DNA from: an uncultured delta proteobacterium | Lineage (GTDB): Bacteria; Myxococcota_A; Polyangia; Polyangiales; JAFGIB01 | Direction of reading: 5' to 3' | NCBI GenBank assembly: GCA_963778655.1 | Contig: CAVZVA010000003.1 | Location: forward strand, 416,001 to 480,000 | Length of the DNA: 64,000 bases | Part shown: positions 8,687 to 17,698 of the stretch, one piece after another | Layout of the letters: each line of letters starts with the position of its first letter | Numbering within the stretch: the first letter of the stretch is position 1 | The notes under the pieces: model-generated | What the model was told of the DNA's origin: nothing | The model's input: the letters and a program-made list of their open reading frames with translations, nothing else | Databases searched by the model: none | Translations under genes and position numbers: made by a program

Positions 8687-9645
8687 GCTTCGTGCATGAC
8701 GACCCCGACTTCGACGAACTCCTGCAGATCGTCGCGAACAACCGCGGGCTCGGCGTCGCCCTCGTCGAGAAGGACTACTGGGTCACACACACGCTGTGGG
8801 CTCTGCACGCGCAGGGCTTCGACGTCTGGTTCAAGGGCGGCACATCGCTGTCGAAGGGCTTCGGCCTCATTGAGCGCTTCTCCGAAGACCTCGACCTGAA
8901 ACTCGAGCCCGGGGCCGTCGCGGCTCTGCGCTCGGTGACGAACTGGAAGAGCGAGGGCACCAAGGCTACGGCCGAGCGCAAGGGTCACTTCGAGGCGCTC
9001 GCCAACCTTCTCTCGGTGCCCGGCGCGAAGGTGAATCTCGGCAACATCGTCGACACGAGCTTCCGCAACGCGAACCTCCGGGTCGACTACCCAGGCAAAC
9101 ACCAGGCGGCGCTCGCGTCGGTGCTGCGGCCTTTCGTGCTCCTGGAGGTCGGCAGTGCCCGCGTGACGCCGTTCGTGGCGCGCGACATGACCTCGTTCGT
9201 GCACGAGCACCTCGAGAGGCTGGGGCAGCTCGGCGACTTCGACGACAACCGCCCGCGGGCAGTGCGCTGCGTGCATCCGCTCGTCACGCTGCTCGAGAAG
9301 CTCGACGCGCTGATGCGTCGTCTCCCGCGCGACAATACTGCGCCCGCGACCTTCGTGCGCCACTTCGAGGACGCCGCACGCATCGTGAGGTCCAAGAACG
9401 CACTGCCGCCGCTCTCCGACTACTCGAGCGTGCGCGCGCTCGCCGACGAGATGCTGGCGCAAAAGCGGATCGCCGCACTGCCTTCGTCGATGCACGCGGC
9501 CTTCGCCCCGAAGGACGACGACCGCTGGTCTACGGTGCAGAAGGCGCACGACGCGATCGGCCCGATGTTCTGGGGACCCCGTCTCTCGCTCGTGGACGCC
9601 TGCGCCGACGTTCGCCGCTGGCTCGACACCGAGGTCGGCCCATGA
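8683..9645 (+). CDS. AbiEii/AbiGii nucleotidyltransferase toxin
   Basis: VEKDYWV, FKGGTSLSK, IERFSEDLDL, TLLEK, RHFED. Confidence 0.9.
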   Translation: MSFVHDDPDFDELLQIVANNRGLGVALVEKDYWVTHTLWALHAQGFDVWFKGGTSLSKGFGLIERFSEDLDLKLEPGAVAALRSVTNWKSEGTKATAERKGHFEALANLLSVPGAKVNLGNIVDTSFRNANLRVDYPGKHQAALASVLRPFVLLEVGSARVTPFVARDMTSFVHEHLERLGQLGDFDDNRPRAVRCVHPLVTLLEKLDALMRRLPRDNTAPATFVRHFEDAARIVRSKNALPPLSDYSSVRALADEMLAQKRIAALPSSMHAAFAPKDDDRWSTVQKAHDAIGPMFWGPRLSLVDACADVRRWLDTEVGP

Positions 9646-9781
9646 ACGACCGCCGGGCCAGAACCGCCGACGAGGTCGAGCGCTACCTCCGTACCGGCGA
9701 GACCGACCCGCACACGCGGCATGGTCGGGAAACGGCTTCATGAAGCGCGCAACCCGCGCCCACGAAGATCTCCGCGGCGCC
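9642..9781 (+). pseudogene. Truncated, frameshifted third gene coupled to the AbiE pair
   Basis: ATGA overlap; MNDRRARTADEVERYLRTGETDPH then, in a shifted frame, AAWSGNGFMKRATRAHEDLRGA. Confidence 0.4.
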
Positions 9782-10021
9782 CACGGGCCGCCAGCGTCGC
9801 GGCTGCGGGCACAGTCGCTGCCGTGTTTGCCCGCCGCCATGTTTGCTGCTGGGCACGGCGGTAGAGCAATATTCGCGCGGTGATTTCGCAGATCAACAAG
9901 CAGCAGAAGAGCAGGCAGCGTTAGCCGCGGCTTGACGCGATCGCTCGGATCCGCGGGATTTCCCGCGGCGGACATGGACATCGCGTCGCTGCACGGCATA
10001 GCCTGCTCAGCGGAGCCACTG

Positions 10022-10891
10022 ATGGGAAAAATCATCCTCTCCGAGAACCTGGCCGCCCTCGCGACACTTCCAGACGGGTTCGCCCAGCTTATCTACATCG
10101 ACCCGCCCTTCAACACCGGCCGGGCTCAAGTGCGCGATCGGCTCAAGGTGCAGTCGGATCCAGATGCCAAGCGAGAGGGCTTTGGCGGGCGGAAGTACCG
10201 AGTCGAACGCATTGCCCGTAGCGGGTATGCCGACTCGTTCGATGACTACGTCAGCTTCCTGATGACCCGCATCGAGGCTAGTCTGCGATGCCTCGCCCCG
10301 CGTGGAAGTCTGCTCGTGCATCTCGACGCACATGAAGTGCACTACATCAAGGTTGCCCTCGACCAACTCTTGGGGCGCGAGTCGTTCATCAACGAGATCA
10401 TCTGGGCCTACGACTACGGCGGCCGGCCCAAGAATCGATGGCCTGCCAAACACGACACGATCCTCTGGTACGCGCGCGATCCGACCGACTACGTGTTCAA
10501 CTTCGACGCAATCGACCGTATCCCGTACATGGCGCCCGACTTGGTGGGCGCCGAAAAGGCAGCTCGCGGGAAGACGCCTACCGACGTCTGGTGGCACACG
10601 ATTGTCCCGACCAACGGGCGCGAGAAAACCGGGTACTCAACGCAAAAGCCGCTCGGCATCCTGAATCGAGCGGTCCTGGTCCACAGCGATCCGGGCGCCG
10701 TGGTTCTCGACTTCTTCGCTGGTAGCGGTACTGCGGGCGAGGCCGCTGCGATCCATGGGCGAGACTTCGTGCTCATCGACGAGAACCCGGAAGCTGCTGC
10801 CGTCATGGCTTCGAGGCTCGCCGCCTACTCACCCGAGCATGTCGGGTTCATGGCCTCACAGAAAGCGACGGTGCAGGGGTCGCTCTTCTGA
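10022..10891 (+). CDS. Site-specific DNA amino-methyltransferase (N6-A/N4-C, beta class)
   Basis: IYIDPPF precedes TQKP and VLDFFAGSGT. Confidence 0.92.
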   Translation: MGKIILSENLAALATLPDGFAQLIYIDPPFNTGRAQVRDRLKVQSDPDAKREGFGGRKYRVERIARSGYADSFDDYVSFLMTRIEASLRCLAPRGSLLVHLDAHEVHYIKVALDQLLGRESFINEIIWAYDYGGRPKNRWPAKHDTILWYARDPTDYVFNFDAIDRIPYMAPDLVGAEKAARGKTPTDVWWHTIVPTNGREKTGYSTQKPLGILNRAVLVHSDPGAVVLDFFAGSGTAGEAAAIHGRDFVLIDENPEAAAVMASRLAAYSPEHVGFMASQKATVQGSLF

Positions 10892-10904
10892 CCGAGGCCA
10901 GCTG

Positions 10905-11453
10905 GTGACAACCATCTCCGACCCGGAGGTCCAGGCGCTTGCCGCAATCTCCGCCTTGCTCGAGCCGACATACCGCGTGGACGGTGACCCCTGGGCTGGC
11001 AGCCCGTTCGCGTGGATCCGTAGCCAGAAGAGCCGAAGGGTCGGCAAGATCGGCGAGCAATTGGTTTCCGGCTTTCTCGCAGCCCGCAACTTCGACGTCG
11101 CCCACACGGGGGACAGTCAAGCCGACCGCTTGATCAACGGACACCGCGCCGAGATCAAGTTCTCGACGCTTTGGGAAACGGGTGTCTACAAGTTCCAACA
11201 GGTTCGCAATCAGGACTACGAGTTCGCGATCTGTCTCGGGGTATCTCCGTTCGACGCACACTGTTGGGCCCTGCCGAAGTCGATCCTGCTCCAGCACGTG
11301 ATCGGAAAGCTCGGGCAGCACGGCGGAGCCGGCGGTCAAGACACGGCTTGGATCAGCCTGACGCCCGACGCGCCGCAGCCGTGGATGAAGCCCTACGGCG
11401 GACGCCTGGCAGACGCGATCAACGTTTTGTCCTCTATCGCGCGACGGCGTTAG
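10905..11453 (+). CDS. Putative type II restriction endonuclease (PD-(D/E)xK)
   Basis: 13 bp downstream of the methyltransferase; GKIGE..QADRLINGHRAEIKFS. Confidence 0.65.
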   Translation: MTTISDPEVQALAAISALLEPTYRVDGDPWAGSPFAWIRSQKSRRVGKIGEQLVSGFLAARNFDVAHTGDSQADRLINGHRAEIKFSTLWETGVYKFQQVRNQDYEFAICLGVSPFDAHCWALPKSILLQHVIGKLGQHGGAGGQDTAWISLTPDAPQPWMKPYGGRLADAINVLSSIARRR

Positions 11454-11535
11454 TTGAGGCACGCAGCTGCCGAAGCTGTGAATAGCGGCACCTGCCGCGT
11501 GCTGGGGCTTTCACCGAAGTCCGCAGGTGTACCCG

Positions 11536-11646
11536 TCAATCGGCCGATGTGGCCGTGGAGAAGTGACCCCGAGCGCTCGTCAGGTAAGTCACGAGCCCGC
11601 GAAAGCTGCCGCCTGCCTTCAGCATCGCGACTTCCTTCGCGATCAC
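11536..11646 (-). pseudogene. traI: N-terminal stub of a MOBP relaxase TraI
   Basis: GTG overlaps the traJ stop; MIAKEVAMLKAGGSFRGLVTYLTSARG resembles the RP4 TraI start (MIAKHVPM..FAELVKYIT); stop after 36 codons. Confidence 0.75.
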
Positions 11647-12029
11647 GGCTCGCCCCTATCCCGCAGGGCTCGCCCGATGACTGTGCGGAGGCTCCCCTGG
11701 TTCTCGTCGATGCGCCGGAGCGCGGACAGGATCGCCTGCCGAATCTGCCCTCGGTCGAACTGGCTGAGCTTCGCGTCGTCGCTGAGCCAGAGCTTGAGCA
11801 GCCCACCGAGCCGGCCGAGGTCGCCGTTGACCCTCAGCATCGCGTCGACCTGGTCCCGGTCGACCACGGAGCGCGGCTGGTAGCCGGTACCGACCGCCCG
11901 CAGGTACGCGCCCACGCTCAGCCCGACCGCCCGCGCTTGCGCGGTGATGGCCGCGACCTCCTCGGCGGTCGCGCGGAACTGCACCGAGCGATCGCGTCGG
12001 CGGCGTCGAGGGCGCTCTCCGGTCTGCAT
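11643..12029 (-). CDS. traJ: IncP-type relaxosome protein TraJ (RHH)
   Basis: ARAVGLSVGAYLRAVG..RVNGDLGRLGGLLKLWL; GGAGG RBS. Confidence 0.88.
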   Translation of the reverse strand: MQTGERPRRRRRDRSVQFRATAEEVAAITAQARAVGLSVGAYLRAVGTGYQPRSVVDRDQVDAMLRVNGDLGRLGGLLKLWLSDDAKLSQFDRGQIRQAILSALRRIDENQGSLRTVIGRALRDRGEP

Positions 12030-12111
12030 CACGTGCCCTCCGCGTGACGAGCGTTGAGCACCGGTAGGCGCGAATGAGCCCCGTTGAGCGCCTTGGCGCG
12101 AATGAGGCCCG

Positions 12112-12143
12112 GGGAATGTGTCACTACATTCCCACATCTTGCC
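12112..12143 (+). other. Putative oriT: inverted repeat plus nic site
   Basis: GGGAATGT-gtcact-ACATTCCC followed by ACATCTTG^CC, like RP4 CTATCCTG^CC; lies between divergent traJ and traK. Confidence 0.75.
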
Positions 12144-12307
12144 TGCGCTTCTGCTGCGTGCTGCATTCGTCCCGAAGCCGCCCTCTCTTCTGTACGATGC
12201 CATAAAAAGTCTGTTTCGGCACTTGCCGACGCCAGAAAGGGAAGTAGAAGAGACTCGACGCGGAACCGGGGCGGTCGAAACGCGGCCTCAACGCGGCGGG
12301 AGAGCGA

Positions 12308-12688
12308 GTGACGACAGAGAAAGAGCTGGCAGCGTTCGTCGAGCGGGTTGCGAAAGAGGCGTCGCTGAAGGGCAGCCAGCGGGCAGCGTTCATTGTCGTG
12401 CGGCCGCTGATCGAACGCGCGCTTGCTGCCGGACACTCGATGAAAGCCACCTGGAAGGTCCTGCACGCCGAGCGCAGGGTTATGATGACCTACGAGACGT
12501 TCCGCGCTCACTGCCGGCAGGCGGGCCTTGGCCGCGCTGCGGCGCGGCCCGACGGCGGGCGGGCACAAGCGGGCGGGCAGTCGTTCGTGACGTCAGGAGC
12601 GGAGCTAGCTCCGGCGCAAAGGCGACCGGGGGACCCGCCTCAGGGTTTTCAGCACAGCCGCGTGCCTCGAAAGAAGGACATCTACTGA
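12308..12688 (+). CDS. traK: TraK family oriT-binding protein
   Basis: RAAFIVVRPLIERALAAGHSMKATWKVLH..TYETF; C-terminal GFQHS..KDIY. Confidence 0.82.
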   Translation: MTTEKELAAFVERVAKEASLKGSQRAAFIVVRPLIERALAAGHSMKATWKVLHAERRVMMTYETFRAHCRQAGLGRAAARPDGGRAQAGGQSFVTSGAELAPAQRRPGDPPQGFQHSRVPRKKDIY

Positions 12689-12737
12689 GCGGGAACGCCT
12701 TGAAATCGATGCCGAAAAAGGCAAATTACGGAATCAC

Positions 12738-13415
12738 ATGCGGACACGGGCAGCGCTCATCCTCGACTCCCGAGACCAAACCCGAATCGTCGCGGCGTTG
12801 GAGCGTTGGCCCGAGCAGGAAGGCTTTGTCGGGCTGCGCACGCGTGCATTCGTCTACCTCCTTTGGGACGGCGCACTGCGCACGGGGGCAGCCATTTGGC
12901 TCAACATCGAGGAGGTGGTCAGGGACCCGGCGGCGAGCCGGATCCACGTGGTGCAGCAAGCGGTGTTGCGCCCCTGCGCGGGGAACAAATACCGGCAACG
13001 GCCCTTCGAAATGACGGATCGGGCTCGAGCGGCGATCGCCGACTATCTCAAGGTAGCCCGCAGCGACGGCTGGCTCGGCAGCCGCTCCCGCCTGAAGGGG
13101 CCGCTCTGGATCGCGACCCAGCCTCAGGGCGCTCAGAAGCGCATGTCCCAGCGCACGGCCACCCAGGCGTGGCATACGTTTCTCGGCGGCGTGAAGGGGT
13201 TGAGTCGGGACGACTACCAGCTCGACGACGTCGTCTTGACCGGGCGCATCGCGTTCGCAAAGGCCGCGAACGCGAGCCCCGAGCTCATCTCGGACCACGC
13301 CGGCATCGGGACCAAGGCGGCGGCCCGGTACAGCGACCATCTCACCACGCAATCGAGCACTCGCGACGTCATTTCGCAACTGAACCAGCAGCACAAGCGC
13401 AAGGTGTCGGGTTGA
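12738..13415 (+). CDS. Tyrosine-recombinase-like protein, catalytic domain only, degenerate active site
   Basis: RTRAFVYLLWDGALRTGAAIWLNIEEV (box I); LDDVVLT where HxxR is expected; ARYS Tyr retained. Confidence 0.65.
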   Translation: MRTRAALILDSRDQTRIVAALERWPEQEGFVGLRTRAFVYLLWDGALRTGAAIWLNIEEVVRDPAASRIHVVQQAVLRPCAGNKYRQRPFEMTDRARAAIADYLKVARSDGWLGSRSRLKGPLWIATQPQGAQKRMSQRTATQAWHTFLGGVKGLSRDDYQLDDVVLTGRIAFAKAANASPELISDHAGIGTKAAARYSDHLTTQSSTRDVISQLNQQHKRKVSG

Positions 13416-13524
13416 AGCGGAGCGGCTGAGGCCCCGCCGCGGCCCGCGCCGCGAAGGCTTCTCCCCGCGCGCCGCGGCCGACGTGGGTTGCATCGATGCC
13501 ATAGTAGGAATAATATGGCATCGC

Positions 13525-13791
13525 ATGGACGCCGGCTCCGCCGCACCGAAGAACCGCACGTTGTCTGGAGGCATTCCAGCCGCGGCGCGGGAGCCGCCGT
13601 ACCTGAGCGTCTCAGAGTGCGCTGCGCTCTTGCGCGTGAATCACAAGACGATTCGCGCCGAAATTGCAGCGGGCCGCATTCCCGTCCTGCGCGTGGGCCG
13701 GCTGATCCGCATCCCCCGGCGCGTGCTAGACTCGCTCGAGACACGAGCACGCGTTCCGACGCCAGAAGGGCAGATCCCCCATGGCAGTTAG
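13525..13791 (+). CDS. Excisionase-family HTH protein
   Basis: YLSVSECAALLRVNHKTIRAEIAAGRIPVLRVGRLIRIP; overlaps the integrase start. Confidence 0.85.
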   Translation: MDAGSAAPKNRTLSGGIPAAAREPPYLSVSECAALLRVNHKTIRAEIAAGRIPVLRVGRLIRIPRRVLDSLETRARVPTPEGQIPHGS

Positions 13792-14890
13792 ACGCGACAA
13801 GAACGGTCAATGGCGCTACCGCATCAAGATCACGCTTCCGAATGGTCGGAAGCTTCGCATCAGCGGCACGCCGGAGATCAACACCAAGCTGGAGGCGGAG
13901 AAGGCCGAGCGCGCTCACATCGCGCGGACGCTGAGCCCGCCGCCGTTGGCGAAGAAGGAGGTGCCGACCTTCGGCAAGTTCGCCGAGGAATGGTTCGACG
14001 TCTACCCGAAGGCTGCAGGACTTCGTCCATCGACGACGCGTGCAGTCGAAGCTCACCTGCGCGTACACTTGCTGCCGCACCTTCGTTCGGTGCCGCTCGA
14101 TCAAGTGCGCGGGCTGGTGGTCGACAAGCTCTTCGCCTCGATGAAGTGCCGCAAGCATCATCGGGGCGCAGGGCTGAGCGCGAAGACGATCCACAACGTG
14201 CGCGGGACCTTGCACAAGATCCTCGCGACCGCGGCGGATTGGGAGCGCCTGCCAGCGGTGCCGAGGCTTCAGCGCGTGAAGGTGCCGCAAGCGCGGTTCG
14301 ACTTCTTCACACGCGAGGAGTCGGAGGCGCTGCTACAGGCGGCGCGCAACGAGGAGGAGCGGCTGATGATGCTCTTCGCGTTGCACACCGGGGCTCGCGT
14401 GAGCGAGCAGCTGGCGCTCAAGTGGGCCGACGTCGACTTCAGGAATCGGTTCATCGTGATCAGGCAGGCGGTGATTCGCGGGGAAGTTGGGCCGACCAAG
14501 AACGGTCGCGAGCGGAAGGTGCCGATGACGGCGTCGCTCGGGGCTGCGCTGAAGCGGCACAAGCACCTGCGCAGCGAGCTCGTGTTCTGCAACGGCAAGG
14601 GCGAGCCGCTGGAGGATTGGAGTCTGCTCGATCGGTTGCGCATCACCTGCAGGCGAGCGGGCCTGCGGGGCATCCGTTGGCACGAGCTGAGGCACTCGTT
14701 CGCCTCTCAGCTCGTGATTGCGGGCGTGCCGATCAGGCAGGTGCAGGAGTGGCTCGGGCACTCCACGATCACGATGACGCTGCGCTACAGCCACCTCGCG
14801 CCCGGTGGCGACTCGAAGCTGATCGCCGCTCTCGATCAGCGCGCAAAGCCTGCGGCGTGGCAACAGCGTGGCAAAGAGACGGGTACGTGA
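13781..14890 (+). CDS. int: Phage-type tyrosine integrase
   Basis: HTGARVSE, HELRHSFAS, LGHS, RYSH; ends 44 bp from the tRNA 3' end. Confidence 0.95.
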   Translation: MAVRRDKNGQWRYRIKITLPNGRKLRISGTPEINTKLEAEKAERAHIARTLSPPPLAKKEVPTFGKFAEEWFDVYPKAAGLRPSTTRAVEAHLRVHLLPHLRSVPLDQVRGLVVDKLFASMKCRKHHRGAGLSAKTIHNVRGTLHKILATAADWERLPAVPRLQRVKVPQARFDFFTREESEALLQAARNEEERLMMLFALHTGARVSEQLALKWADVDFRNRFIVIRQAVIRGEVGPTKNGRERKVPMTASLGAALKRHKHLRSELVFCNGKGEPLEDWSLLDRLRITCRRAGLRGIRWHELRHSFASQLVIAGVPIRQVQEWLGHSTITMTLRYSHLAPGGDSKLIAALDQRAKPAAWQQRGKETGT

Positions 14891-14934
14891 AATTGATCTG
14901 TGTGATTGAGCAATGATTGAGCGCAGTTGGGCAG

Positions 14935-15008
<74 letters not shown>

Positions 15009-15180
15009 TTGGCGGAGACCTGGCTTTTTACAACGGCTGGGGGCGTGCGTCGACCGTGGAAGCGCCCTGGCGGGCTCGCGGCGCGGCCACCTGGCGTTCG
15101 GCGCGCGAACAGCGCTGCTCCCGTTGCGTGGGCGGCGGCGGTGTGCTTGCCTGCGGCACCCGCAGAGGAGATCATTGCGC

Positions 15181-15522
15181 ATGCCCAAAGCCCCAAGCAC
15201 CAACGGTTCGAAGACGGTCAATAAGAGCGCGTTCGTGCGCGCGCTGCCGACACTCTCGGCCGACGAGGTGATCGCCAAGGGCAAGCAGGCGGGCATCACG
15301 CTGAGCAAGGCGCAGGTGTACACCATCCGCACCAATGCCAAGCGCAAGGCCGGGCAAACCGCCGGGACCCCGGCCCGCCGGCAAGGCACGCCCGTGAAGG
15401 CGACGCGCGCGCTGGCGATCGAGACGCGGTTGGCCTCGCTCGCGTTCGAGGTCGGCATCACCACCGCCGAGGAGCTCCTGCGCCGGGTGCGGGAGGCAGG
15501 AAGGCGCGCCACGCGGGCGTAA
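15181..15522 (+). CDS. Small basic hypothetical protein, possibly DNA-binding
   Basis: GAGGAG RBS; NKSAFVRALPTLSADEVIAKGK; K/R/A-rich. Confidence 0.6.
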   Translation: MPKAPSTNGSKTVNKSAFVRALPTLSADEVIAKGKQAGITLSKAQVYTIRTNAKRKAGQTAGTPARRQGTPVKATRALAIETRLASLAFEVGITTAEELLRRVREAGRRATRA

Positions 15523-15533
15523 GGACCGCGCGC

Positions 15534-16583
15534 GTGGCTGCCGCCGATGAGCTCGACGCATTGCTCGACGCCGAGCAGGCCGCCGAGCCCGCCTCCGAGC
15601 TGTGCTGCTCGGTGCGCCTGCTGCAGCCCTTCTGGAGCCTGTTGCGCCGCTATCCTGGCTTTCCCGTCCAGCTGCTCGATTCCACCGCTCAGCTGGATCC
15701 GGACGAGCGACTGCCGATGGCGGTCGCGCTGGAGCTGCTGCGCGGGGCGATCGAGATCACGGGCGACCCGGACCTGGGCCTCGAGGCGGCGCGCGAGATC
15801 TCGCTCGGCGACTACGGCGTCGTGGAGTACGCGGCACGCTCGGCCCCGACTTGGGGGGACGCGCTCGCGGTCTGTGCCCGCTACCTGCGTCTGATCAACG
15901 AGGCGCTCGAGTTCAAGCTGGAGCTCGACGGCGACCTCGCGCGGATGCGGCTCGACAGCCGCGTGCCCCTGCCCCGCGCCGCGGCCGACTTCCAGTCGGC
16001 TTCGTTCCAGGTCGCGGCCTCGATGTTGCGACGCAGCCCGGGCCCGGCCCGGCCGCAGGTCTGGTTCACCCACGCGCAGCCTGCCAACACCGAGCAATAC
16101 GCGCTCACTTTCGCCGGCAGCCCCGTGCTGTTCGACAAGCCGTTCAACGGCTTCGTGTTCGACCGGGCCTACCTGGAGGCACCGCTGCCGAGCGCTGATC
16201 CGAAGCTGCACGACCTGATCCGCGAGCACGCCGATCGGATGCTGGCCGAGTTGCCGGGCGTCCCCAGCTTCACCGAGACCGTGCGGGCTCTGATCGCCAA
16301 GGAGCTCGAAGGCGGCGACCCGTCCGCCGTGCGCGCCGCGCAATTGCTGCAGGTCAGCACGCGCACGCTCGCGCGCCGGCTCGAGCAGGAGGGCACGACT
16401 TTCACCGCGCTGCTCGACGACCTGCGCAAGCGGCTGGCGCTGCGCTACGTGGCCACGCGCGACCTCGGTCTGTCCGAAATCGCGTTCCTGCTCGGCTTTT
16501 CGCAGTCGGGCGCGTTCCACCGCGCGTTCAAGCGCTGGACCGGTCACACCCCGCTCGAATACCGGCGCGGCCTGCGCGACTAG
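15534..16583 (+). CDS. AraC family transcriptional regulator
   Basis: RTLARRLEQEGTTF..EIAFLLGFSQSGAFHRAFKRWTG. Confidence 0.92.
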   Translation: MAAADELDALLDAEQAAEPASELCCSVRLLQPFWSLLRRYPGFPVQLLDSTAQLDPDERLPMAVALELLRGAIEITGDPDLGLEAAREISLGDYGVVEYAARSAPTWGDALAVCARYLRLINEALEFKLELDGDLARMRLDSRVPLPRAAADFQSASFQVAASMLRRSPGPARPQVWFTHAQPANTEQYALTFAGSPVLFDKPFNGFVFDRAYLEAPLPSADPKLHDLIREHADRMLAELPGVPSFTETVRALIAKELEGGDPSAVRAAQLLQVSTRTLARRLEQEGTTFTALLDDLRKRLALRYVATRDLGLSEIAFLLGFSQSGAFHRAFKRWTGHTPLEYRRGLRD

Positions 16584-16640
16584 AGTCCTTGAATCCGGCT
16601 GATCTGCACCAAGGAGTCAAGCTTCGAGAGCCGGAGCGAA

Positions 16641-16718
16641 AGCGACCCCGCGGGAGGGTGGGGCCCCAACAGCTTTGCCGGCGAGGCGGGAGGGACGCGT
16701 GCCCCTCCCGGTACCGAA
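16641..16718 (+). repeat. Dispersed ~80-bp intergenic repeat, copy 1
   Basis: GGAGGGTGGGGCCCC..GCTTTGCCG..GCGGGAGGG..CCCCTCCCGGTA; second copy at 26884-26962. Confidence 0.8.
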
Positions 16719-16827
16719 GGCTAGCGAGGCCCAGTCCTGCCACGTTCCAACCAGCAGGTCTCGTGGGTCTAAAGCGCAGCCTCGCTAGCGGGCTGCCGCG
16801 GAGCGCCCACGCGCTCCGTCGGGCTGC

Positions 16828-16903
16828 TGGGGTGAGCGACGGGGATTGAACCCGCGACCACCGGAACCACAATCCAGTGCTCTACCACTGAGCTACGCTC
16901 ACC
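16828..16903 (-). tRNA. tRNA-His(GTG)
   Basis: GGTGAGCGTAGCTCAGTGGTAGAGCACTGGATTGTGGTTCCGG..GGTTCAATCCC..CTCACCCCA, with G-1 and CCA. Confidence 0.96.
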
Positions 16904-17028
16904 AAGAACGTGCGGACTCTAACCGGCCCGCGCCCGAAGGCAAGCCCCCGGCGCCGGTCGCGGTCCGCGTCCGCCGGCGCTCGTCGGCGCGGCCCGCCAT
17001 GCCGGCCAGCACCACGACCTTTGCCGCG

Positions 17029-17583
17029 CTACGACTGCTTCCACTTGATCGAGCAGCCCATCGAGTGCACGGGCCCGAAGTCGAACGCGCGGCCCGCGAG
17101 CGCGGCGTCGAGCACGAGCCGCAGGTCGCTGCGCAGCACCTTGTCCGCGTGCTGCCAGTTGTCGTCGAGGCGGCCGTTGTAGATCAGCGCGCGCGCGCGA
17201 TTGAAGACGAAGATGTCCGGCGTGCAGGCCGCGTCGTAGGCGCGCGCGACCTGCTGGCTCTCGTCGCGCAGGTAGGGAAAGTTGAAGTGCATCTCGCGCG
17301 CGCGCTCGACCATGTGCTCGAACGAGTCGTCCGGATAGGCCTGCGCGTCGTTGGGATTGATGGCGACGAGCTGCACGCCGCGCCCGCGGTAGTCGTCCTG
17401 CAGCGCCACAAGACGCTGCTCGACGGCCTTGGAGTACGGGCAGTGGTTGCAGGTGAAGATCACCACCAGCAGCTCGGCGCCGGCAAAGGACTCCAGCGAG
17501 TAGGTCTTGCCGTCCACGCCCGGCAGCGAGAACGGCGGCGCCGCCGTGCCGGTCGCCATGCCGTTGGAATAGGTGAGAGCCAT
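17029..17583 (-). CDS. Thioredoxin-fold AhpC/TSA family protein
   Basis: FTCNHCPY, YDAACTPD, YNGRLDD, SMGCSIKWK. Confidence 0.9.
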   Translation of the reverse strand: MALTYSNGMATGTAAPPFSLPGVDGKTYSLESFAGAELLVVIFTCNHCPYSKAVEQRLVALQDDYRGRGVQLVAINPNDAQAYPDDSFEHMVERAREMHFNFPYLRDESQQVARAYDAACTPDIFVFNRARALIYNGRLDDNWQHADKVLRSDLRLVLDAALAGRAFDFGPVHSMGCSIKWKQS

Positions 17584-17698
17584 CACGCCTCCTGCGCTTG
17601 CCCCGCTACCGTGCCAAAGCGAGCGGCGGCGAGCAAGCCGCGCCCCTTGCGAAGGGGCAAGCCCGCACGCGCCGGTTCGTGATAGACCAGCGCGCGCG

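Noticed and set aside
12738..13415. Firm call as the element's relaxase
   Set aside because: The nic site is MOBP-type and a genuine traI stub exists, so the native relaxase was TraI; a substitute role stays a hypothesis only.
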